Shown here piece after piece: positions 8,062 through 15,800 of a DNA stretch of 44,598 bases. The stretch spans positions 1 through 44,598 of the forward strand of contig JAJQAL010000003.1 in the NCBI GenBank assembly GCA_021203815.1, written 5' to 3'. Made by a program: the position numbers and the translations under genes. This DNA is from Coprobacillus sp. Its GTDB lineage: Bacteria; Bacillota_I; Bacilli_A; RFN20; CAG-826. Below the pieces are notes generated by a model, which made no database searches, was not told the origin of the DNA, and saw only the letters and a list, made by a program, of their open reading frames with translations. Positions within the stretch are counted from its first letter, which is position 1; the number at the start of each line of letters is the position of its first letter.

Positions 8062-8096
8062 TACATAATTATGTACATAGTTATGTCAGAAATCAA
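8062..8096 (-). promoter_or_regulatory. nadE promoter (TTGATT-17 nt-CATAAT) overlapped by tandem palindromic operator-like repeats
   Basis: Minus strand -35 TTGATT (8096-8091) and -10 CATAAT (8073-8068). Perfect 14-bp palindrome TACATAATTATGTA at 8062-8075. Two directly adjacent 12-bp units, ACATAATTATGT (8063-8074) and ACATAGTTATGT (8075-8086), are 11/12 identical, and TGTACA lies at their junction (8072-8077). Confidence 0.4.
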
Positions 8097-8104
8097 TAAT
8101 AAAA

Positions 8105-8746
8105 TTATTGGTCAGGGTTTTGCGTGCTTATTTCTTTTATTGCTGGGGGATTATCACGGACAAAATTAAGGGATTCAACAATTCTCGTATATTCTCTATG
8201 AGTAAAGAGAGTGGGCATGGCGTTCTCCCATTTTATAATAATTTCCGTAAGATCTGAGGGTTTTACGACTGGAGCAGTGGGGTTTTTGACATCAAAAGAC
8301 TCGCATCCAATTACGACGACTGGATGAACATACTCTCTTTCCTTACTAATGATTTTAGAGAGCGCGGGAACATCCCCTTGAATCTCCCTAACGGGATTAT
8401 AAACTTTATAGGTTTTCGTGTTTTTATCCTTTGTGGTCTGCTTCCAGTAAGGGTCGTCATTATTACCTTCAATCACACCACTGAAATCTTTAACGAGGAT
8501 AGCGTATACACCTTTAGTGGTGACTACTATGTAGTCAAACTTCACTGGATTATCTTTCGCAGGGATAAGGATATTCTTATATATCGTTTTTGTTTCAATC
8601 GGAAGCCGGTTGATATAGTCATCTACTTTCTTAGAAAGATTTTTGACTTTATGACGAGGAAAAACACTGATACACAAAAAAATCACCGCCACGAGAACAA
8701 TGACTCCGCCTATCACAGATAAGGTAATTGTAAGAGCAGTTGACAT
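8105..8746 (-). CDS. membrane-anchored NERD-domain protein
   Basis: 213 aa. N-terminal TM helix, then KFDYIVVTTKGVYAILVKDFSGVIEGNNDDPYWKQT...YKVYNPVREIQGDVPAL, which parallels the NERD consensus (IDHivv..GifvIE.Kn.sG.i.G....W.q....yNP..Q). AAGGAAAG Shine-Dalgarno upstream. Confidence 0.7.
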   Translation of the reverse strand: MSTALTITLSVIGGVIVLVAVIFLCISVFPRHKVKNLSKKVDDYINRLPIETKTIYKNILIPAKDNPVKFDYIVVTTKGVYAILVKDFSGVIEGNNDDPYWKQTTKDKNTKTYKVYNPVREIQGDVPALSKIISKEREYVHPVVVIGCESFDVKNPTAPVVKPSDLTEIIIKWENAMPTLFTHREYTRIVESLNFVRDNPPAIKEISTQNPDQ

Positions 8747-8762
8747 ATTTTAGTCTTTCCTT

Positions 8763-8849
8763 TGGTGCCTGAGGCCGGACTCGAACCGGCACGTTCCAAT
8801 GAACATATGATTTTGAGTCATACGCGTCTACCAATTTCGCCACACAGGC
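8763..8849 (-). tRNA. tRNA-Leu (anticodon CAA), class II with long variable arm
   Basis: GCCTGTG/CTCAGGC acceptor (one mismatch), GGCGAAATTGGTAGACGC D-arm, loop CTCAAAA, long variable arm, GCCGG-TTCGAGT-CCGGC T-arm, encoded CCA. 87 nt. Confidence 0.85.
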
Positions 8850-8852
8850 ATA

Positions 8853-9320
8853 TTAATCATCGTCATTAGGGTCATCACCATCAAGCATATCCCACATACT
8901 GAGACGGAACATCTCATCATCTGGGGTGTCCCTATTAGATCCCCAAAACTCTTCTTCAGGGTCTAATGATTCGCTTTTACTTCTTTCTTTATGAAGCTTG
9001 GCTAGATATATTTCCTCTTTCTCTTTCTTTTCTCTCGCTTTTTCTTCATTTCGGGCGTCCCAGTCAACTGAGGCAAGGGCAAGGGCTATCGCAAATAGAC
9101 CCACAAAAACAAAGATAAACATCCATACAGTTTGAGTGGTAGCATAGGCCTCGTCCCCATAGGCAAAATCATTTACAAACCAAGAAAGAATCCCGTTAAA
9201 GATTAAAAAGAAGAAACAAACTCCACAGATAATAGCAAAAACAATCGCCGTAATCTTGCAGTTATGCCTTGTTTTTGCATTAGCATCTTCACTTAGATTT
9301 TTTCTATCACGTCCACTCAT
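8853..9320 (-). CDS. hypothetical two-TM membrane protein with a charged/acidic C-terminal tail
   Basis: 155-aa ORF with two hydrophobic helices, a KEKKEKEE stretch and a ...DGDDPNDDD C-terminus. I recognise no family. No Shine-Dalgarno in the 11 nt separating it from the upstream tRNA. Confidence 0.5.
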   Translation of the reverse strand: MSGRDRKNLSEDANAKTRHNCKITAIVFAIICGVCFFFLIFNGILSWFVNDFAYGDEAYATTQTVWMFIFVFVGLFAIALALASVDWDARNEEKAREKKEKEEIYLAKLHKERSKSESLDPEEEFWGSNRDTPDDEMFRLSMWDMLDGDDPNDDD

Positions 9321-9331
9321 AAGTTAAGTCA

Positions 9332-9420
9332 TGGTGTGGTCAAGAAGATTCGAACTTCTAAGGGGGACGTCCCCCACTAGCTTCTGAGACTAGCGCGTTT
9401 ACCAATTTCGCCATGGCCAC
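9332..9420 (-). tRNA. tRNA-Leu (anticodon CAG), class II
   Basis: GTGGCCA/TGACCAC acceptor (one mismatch), GGCGAAATTGGTAAACGC D-arm, CTAGT/GCTAG anticodon stem, loop CTCAGAA, GGGGGA-CG-TCCCCC variable arm, AGAAG-TTCGAAT-CTTCT T-arm, encoded CCA. Confidence 0.8.
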
Positions 9421-9434
9421 ATATTAGTATTATA

Positions 9435-11093
9435 TTACTCTTTTATTCCTCTTTTTTCATTCTCTTCCTGTTGCAGGACCTTAAAATCGACCTTCCCAAT
9501 CATCGTATGAGGAAGTGATTTCCTTATCTCTATTTCAACAGGAACTGAATATCTTATTAGATTTTTCCGACAGCTATTCATAATAGTCTCTACTAGACTA
9601 TTCTCATCACCTGTGGAGGCCGTGACAAAGGCTTTAAGAGCGTGCCCGGTTTTACTAAAGGGGACCGAAACACAGCTCGCTTCTTTAACGCCTGGAATAG
9701 TTTCAATATATTTTTCCACTTCACTAGGGAAGACCGCTACTCCATTGACCTTCACCACTCTCTTTTTTCTTTGCTTAAAGAAAACAAAGCCGTCTTCATT
9801 CATGTAACATAAATCTCCAGTATAGAGCCATCCGTCTTCATCTATGGCTTCCTTAGTGGCGTCTAAATCATTATAGTAACCAATCATCGTGGCTTTACAT
9901 CTCTGAGCGAGCTCTCCAACTTCCCCGATAGGAACTTCGTTATGGTTTTCATCCACAATCCTCACTTCGATATCAGGGCCCGCATGTCCGATAGAGCCGG
10001 GGCAGTTACATTCATGAGTATTAAGAATAGTCGCAGTGACCGCTTCGGTAAGTCCATATCCTTCAAAGAGCCTTCCATCATGACTTCCGTTTTTATGAAG
10101 GATCTCTTCAAACTGCTCAGTAAGTTTAGGAGGGAGAGAGTCCCCACCGCACCAAGCGACATGACAGTATTTAAGATTTTTACATTTAGAGAAGGGTTTA
10201 TAGTCCACGAGTCTTTGGTACATATTAGGAACACCGGCGATGGCAAGAAGCGGAAAATGATGAAGAGCCTGAGTCACCGCTTTCGGAGTGAACTTAGGAA
10301 TCTGAACTGAAGCAAAGCCGATACATAGAGGCGCGTGTATGGTCCAAAGTAGACCAAACCCATGGAAAGAAGGAAGGACAGAAAGCATTCCTTCATTTTT
10401 ATGCTCCCATAGATTACTAACGCATAAATGATGAGGAGCCTGATCTGCAAGGAAATTGAAATTCGTGTTGCTTAAACAGATTATCTTAGGATCTCCGGTG
10501 GTGGATCCACTGAGGAGAATAATGGCCATTTCATCCGCCCAGTTAGACTCAGTTGAAACGTCTTTCGAAACTGGTTTTAAGTGTTTTAAATACGTAAAAC
10601 CTTTAAAATCCCCATGTTTTTTTAGTTTTCGACGGGTTTTATTATTTAAGAATAAGTGATAACCAACTTTCTTAAAGAAAGGAAGATAATCTTCCACTCT
10701 TGAAACAAAGATCTTATCGCTCATTTTCTCATAGGGTTCAACATCATCCGCGATTCTCTGCTCAAAGAGAAAAGCGTATTTTGCATTAACCTTATTCATG
10801 ACCTCTTCCATCTGGGAATAGGGAGAAAGAGGATGCATGAGGCAGGATACCGCTCCTATCTTATTAAGAGCGTATAAAAGAATAATCGAGGTCGGAATAT
10901 TTGGCTGGGCCACTAAAACAACATCGCCTTTATTGATACCGAGATTATTTTTTAAAATTGCGGCGTAATAATTAATATATTCCTCGAGTTTAGTAAAAGA
11001 GATTTTCCTTCCTTCATAGTAAATCGCAGCTGCCTTAGGATTACGGCTCGCTCCAATAAGGAACGCTTCATATAGTGATAAACCTTCAAACAT
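9435..11093 (-). CDS. AMP-dependent acyl-CoA synthetase/ligase (long-chain fatty-acid--CoA ligase-like)
   Basis: 552 aa. AMP-binding motifs LLSGSTTGDPK (SGTTGxPK), EGYGLTE, YTGDL and the C-terminal GKVDFKVL lysine motif. Confidence 0.85.
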   Translation of the reverse strand: MFEGLSLYEAFLIGASRNPKAAAIYYEGRKISFTKLEEYINYYAAILKNNLGINKGDVVLVAQPNIPTSIILLYALNKIGAVSCLMHPLSPYSQMEEVMNKVNAKYAFLFEQRIADDVEPYEKMSDKIFVSRVEDYLPFFKKVGYHLFLNNKTRRKLKKHGDFKGFTYLKHLKPVSKDVSTESNWADEMAIILLSGSTTGDPKIICLSNTNFNFLADQAPHHLCVSNLWEHKNEGMLSVLPSFHGFGLLWTIHAPLCIGFASVQIPKFTPKAVTQALHHFPLLAIAGVPNMYQRLVDYKPFSKCKNLKYCHVAWCGGDSLPPKLTEQFEEILHKNGSHDGRLFEGYGLTEAVTATILNTHECNCPGSIGHAGPDIEVRIVDENHNEVPIGEVGELAQRCKATMIGYYNDLDATKEAIDEDGWLYTGDLCYMNEDGFVFFKQRKKRVVKVNGVAVFPSEVEKYIETIPGVKEASCVSVPFSKTGHALKAFVTASTGDENSLVETIMNSCRKNLIRYSVPVEIEIRKSLPHTMIGKVDFKVLQQEENEKRGIKE

Positions 11094-11104
11094 AGGTTAG
11101 CTCC

Positions 11105-11860
11105 TTAGATAAAGTAGAAAATAGGAGTTAAAATTATCTGATGTAAGATATAGATGATAAGGGTATGACGACCGATAAAGCAGATAGGTCTCTCCCAGTT
11201 ATATTTATGTTTAAGAAGTGAGGTTCTATTTTGGTAATAGAAGCGGGAGAAGATCGCGCCCGCAAAAAACCAGATGATATAAGGACAGAGCGACATATAG
11301 TCACCATAGCTTTTATTAGCCCATAGAATCGGGAAATACGCTCTTCCAAAATTATCTTCGAGAACTGGAAGGGCAATATTTGTAAATAAAACGCATATCA
11401 ATAGGACAGCAAGAAGGACTCTCCACGTCTTTTTCTCCACAAAGGCGTAAATCAGGGTGCATACCGCCAGGACACCAATCACATTAAATTCGATGGAAAT
11501 ATTACCAAAAACTCCCCATTCTGTCCCAATATTAGTGACAAACATGATTAAAATCATGACAGCAATAAGTTCACATGACCTCTTATAGTTATTTTTTGAG
11601 AAGGCAGTGGAGATCCCACTTAAAAAACAAAATAGAAATAAGACAAACTCTCTAAATACTTCTCTTGCGGTCCAGTGCCAGTACCAGGCGGCAAAGTCCA
11701 TGCTTTGATAAGCATATAGGTCATACATGATATGATCAAAAACAACGAGGACAATACATATCCCTCTTAGGAAATCAATTTCGTGGACTCTCCTATCAAA
11801 GGCTCTTACCTTTGGCTTTCGATCTACGGGTTCTTCAAGTACAGCAGCGGTATCACTCAT
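11105..11860 (-). CDS. DUF1624 / heparan-alpha-glucosaminide N-acetyltransferase-like membrane acyltransferase
   Basis: 251 aa, polytopic. N-terminal RVHEIDFLRGICIVLVVFDHIM is the characteristic R..xiD.lRG...l.mv..H motif. Confidence 0.65.
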   Translation of the reverse strand: MSDTAAVLEEPVDRKPKVRAFDRRVHEIDFLRGICIVLVVFDHIMYDLYAYQSMDFAAWYWHWTAREVFREFVLFLFCFLSGISTAFSKNNYKRSCELIAVMILIMFVTNIGTEWGVFGNISIEFNVIGVLAVCTLIYAFVEKKTWRVLLAVLLICVLFTNIALPVLEDNFGRAYFPILWANKSYGDYMSLCPYIIWFFAGAIFSRFYYQNRTSLLKHKYNWERPICFIGRHTLIIYILHQIILTPIFYFI

Positions 11861-11965
11861 ATCAGTTTTTTATTATATCAAAAAATGAAATCATATAAAT
11901 AATATTTATATTGCGTATTAAATGTGGGTTGAATAATCTTAAAAGAATGTTATAATAATTCCACT

Positions 11966-12691
11966 ATGGGATACGAAACATTAGACGGAATTATCGTTGA
12001 TTATTTTAATGGCCTTGGCTGGTGGGGTAATTTAATCCTCGTCCTTATTTCTCTTGTTCTCGCTACTGTCTTAGGCGGAATAATTGGAATGCAGAGAGAA
12101 TTAAATGGACACGCCGCAGGATTTAGAACACATGTTCTAATCTCTCTCGCCACGGCTTTAATCATGATTATCTCCATTTATGGACTCAGTTCCTCTAATG
12201 CTTCAGGAACAAGAGATCCAATGAGACTCGCCGCTGCTGGTGTTGCAGGCGCTGGATTTATCGGTGCGGGCTGTATCATTAAAAATGGTTCCACAGTCAA
12301 AGGTTTAACAACAAGCGCGACTATATGGCTAGTGACTGCAATTGGTCTATGCTGCGGAGCGGGATGGTTTGTTATCGCGATTCTAGTGACGATTATCGCT
12401 ATGATTGTCCTCGTCGTCTTTGCTAAAGTTGACATCTGGGCGAATAAGAAAAATTCTCATATTGTGGTCCTATCAGATTTAGAGTCTCCAATTCTCTCCC
12501 AGCTTCTCGAGTATCTCGAGAAATATCATATTCAATATCGTGATCTATCTTCTAGTTTTGCCGAGCATGAAGGTCAGAAATGTCTTAGAACTCACGTGAC
12601 CTGCTCCGGAAAAAGTAAAGCGGAGATAGAAGATTTTATCACTACCTTCAAAGAGGAAGTGAATCCAATCGATATCGTCTTATTAAAATAA
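11966..12691 (+). CDS. mgtC: MgtC/SapB family membrane protein
   Basis: 241 aa. LGGIIGMQRELNGHAAGFRTHVLISLATAL plus 4-5 TM helices and a soluble C-terminal domain. Confidence 0.85.
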   Translation: MGYETLDGIIVDYFNGLGWWGNLILVLISLVLATVLGGIIGMQRELNGHAAGFRTHVLISLATALIMIISIYGLSSSNASGTRDPMRLAAAGVAGAGFIGAGCIIKNGSTVKGLTTSATIWLVTAIGLCCGAGWFVIAILVTIIAMIVLVVFAKVDIWANKKNSHIVVLSDLESPILSQLLEYLEKYHIQYRDLSSSFAEHEGQKCLRTHVTCSGKSKAEIEDFITTFKEEVNPIDIVLLK

Positions 12692-12717
12692 CACTAATCT
12701 AGTCAGTTTATGAATAT

Positions 12718-12750
12718 AAAAAGGACACCATAGGTGCCCTTTTATTTTTC
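12718..12750. terminator. bidirectional intrinsic terminator shared by mgtC (+) and polC/tRNA-Pro (-)
   Basis: AAAAAGGACACC-ATA-GGTGCCCTTTTATTTTT. The stem has one mismatch and a U-run follows on both strands. Confidence 0.6.
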
Positions 12751-12754
12751 AAAA

Positions 12755-12831
12755 TGGTCGGAACGATGAGATTTGAACTCACGACCTCTTGGTCCCGAAC
12801 CAAGCGCACTACCAAGCTGTGCTACGTTCCG
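12755..12831 (-). tRNA. tRNA-Pro (anticodon CGG)
   Basis: CGGAACG/CGTTCCG acceptor, GCAC/GTGC D-stem, CTTGG/CCAAG anticodon stem, loop TTCGGGA, GTGAG-TTCAAAT-CTCAT T-arm, encoded CCA. Lies 8 nt after the polC stop. Confidence 0.85.
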
Positions 12832-12839
12832 ATAACTAG

Positions 12840-15800
12840 TTAAAAGAGGAAATCATCTCCAAATAGAGATAGCTGCTGCGATTTATTTGTGTCGGGGAGA
12901 GAGGATATCACTCCCATGTCATTAAGTTTTTTAATATTAGTGGAACTGAGAAGAGTTCTACTAGAGAGGTCTTCTTTTGATTTAAACTCTCCGTCTTTTC
13001 TTGAATCAACGATTGACTGGGCCACGTTTTCTCCAATTCCGTTTAGACAAATAAATGGAGGAATAAGTTTATTATTTTCTTCATCGATTACGAAGTTAAC
13101 AGAGTCACTCTTATATAAATCTATATTCCCAAAAGAGTATCCTCTTTCAAACATTTCAATCGAAAGTTGAAGTGTTTTTAAAATATCGTCGTCCTTTTTA
13201 GTGACATCTTCGCCTTGGGTTTTGCTCTTATCGGAGAGTTCTGTAATTCTTCTCATAATGGCTTCTTCTCCTTCAATCATCGTCTCAATATCAAACTGCT
13301 TAGAACGGACAGAGAAGAAAGTCGCGTAATAGTGAAGAGGATAATATATCTTAAAGTAGGCCACTCTCACGGCCATCATCACGTAAGCAGTTGCGTGTCC
13401 TTTAGGGAAGAGATATCTAATCTTATTACAGGAGTTAATATAGTACTCCGGAACATTATTTGCCTCCATTACTTTTCGGTATTCAGGCTTTATTCCTTTT
13501 CCTCTACGTACATCCTCCATAATGGAGAAGGCAACCGAGGAGGAAAGGCCTTTACTAATGAGATAAGACATAATGTCATCACGGCATCCAATGACCTCTC
13601 TTAAGGACGCTGTTCCATCTGTGATGAGGTCTTCAGCGTTTCCGTTCCAAACACCAGTTCCATGTGAAATTCCAGAAATAATAACAAGGTCTGAGAAGGT
13701 TTTTGGTTTTGTGGCATCGAGAATTCCTCTTACAAATGGGGTTCCAAATTCAGGAAGCCCAAGAGCCCCATTACTTTGATTTAAGAAATCGCTTGAGAGA
13801 TTTAGCTCGTTACTTGTGGAAAAAACCGATAAGACCTTAGGGTCATTAAAGGGGATAGAGTGAATATCTACACCTGTGGAATCACACATCATCTTAAGGG
13901 CCATTGGGTCAACGTGACCTAGTAGGTCAATTTTTAAAACCGTATCGTGAATAGATCGATAATCGAAATGGGTGGTCATCCAGTCAGCGTCTTTCTCATC
14001 CGCTGGATACTGAATTGGGGTGAAATCAGTAACTGTATATCCCTTAGGGATAACAATAAGCCCACCTGGATGCTGACCTGTGGTCCTCTTAACATCAACG
14101 CATCCACTAGATAGGTAGCTAAGTTTATTACGAGAGTATGAGTCTGGGTCCATCCCAAGCCATGAGATATAGTCTCTTGCTTTTGCGTAGGCTGTCTTAT
14201 CCGCGACTGTTTCAATCGTGCCTGCTCTAAAGACGTTTTGCTCTCCAAGAAGCTGTTTCACATATTCGTGAGCCGTCTTTTGATACTCACCTGCGAAGTT
14301 AAGATCGATATCAGGAACCTTTTCCGCTTCAAAACCGAGGAAGGTTTCAAAAGGAATGTTCTGTCCGTCATGAATCATCTCGCATCCACACTCAGGGCAC
14401 TTCTTATCGGGGAGGTCATATCCACTTCGACACTCTGGATATGTTGATAAAGTCCATTCTAGATGGTGGCAGTGAGGACAGACGTAATGCGGTTCAAGCG
14501 GGTTAACCTCAGTAATACCCGCAAAGAATGCGGCCACTGAGGATCCTACTGATCCTCTAGAACCGATAACATAGCCGTCTTCATTACCTTTTTTCACAAT
14601 TCTATGAGCGAGATAATAAATAACAGAATATCCATGGGATATAATGCCGTTTAACTCTTTACTTAGTCTAGTTTCAATAACTTGAGGTAAAGGATTTCCA
14701 TATATTTCATAGGCTTTCTTATAGCAGATTTCTCTAATAATGTTCTCATCTTTTGAAGTATATTCAGGCTCTGCGTCCATTAATGAAGTAATATCCTCAA
14801 TTTTTGGAGTGTAGAGTTTATCATTAGGAACTGGGATTATATCATCGTCGATTTGACTAGCGATTAGATTAGAATTAGTGACCACTACTTCATAGGCCTT
14901 CTCTTCTCCTAGCCAGCTAAATTCACTAAGCATCTCGTCGGTAGATAAATATCCTTGATTAGGATTTTCGTAGCGGGGATAGAGCTTTCTCTCCGCGGGA
15001 TTAAGAGGGTGTCTTTTTGTTTTAGCGTGGGTTTTTTCATTAGGCTCTCCAGCGATATAGATATCACGGAAAACTTTATGCTCTGGAATGTCATAGTGAA
15101 CGTCTCCAGTGGCCACGACAGGAATATGGAGCTCGTCAGCGCACTCCACAATGAGATTTAAAATATCATCGAGTTCTTTCGGTTTTAAATCGTGAAGATT
15201 AATGAGATGAGAGTAGCAATCTTTTGGTTGAAGTTCAATATAGTCGTAAAACTTCATTATTTTCTTTAAATCTTCTTTTCCTTTGTTTCTAGCGGTTTCG
15301 AAGACTTCTCCATTACAGCAAGCGCTTCCAAATAAGAGGTTTTTGCGATGATTTTCTAGTTCATGACGAGGAATTCGGGGATATTCGTTAAAATAATTAA
15401 TATGGGCAATACTAACAAGTTGGTATAAATCCTTAAGACCTGCTTGGTTTTTAGCGAGGACACATATATCACGAGGTCTAATATGTCTAAATGCTTCTTC
15501 TGGAGTCTCTAACTTCTCTAAATCAGAGACCATAAACTCTTTATTGCCTTTAGTAAAACTAGCAAGCATACCCTGCCATACTTCATTTAATCTCTCCGCA
15601 TCATAGTCCGCTCTATGAGCGCTACTATTATCGAAATAAATATCCATTCTCTTACAGACATCGGTTAATCGGTGTGATCTATTTTGAGGGTAGAAATACC
15701 TCGATAGTGTTAAAGTATCAATAACAATATTATTAAGTTTTGGATATCCATTTCTCTCTAATTCGGCATTTAAAAAGTCTAAATCGAAGGAAGCGTTATG

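Noticed and set aside
8649-8843. 64-aa minus-strand ORF overlapping the NERD gene start and tRNA-Leu(CAA)
   Set aside because: Most of it is the tRNA-Leu sequence read as protein, and the rest overlaps the well-supported NERD ORF in another frame.
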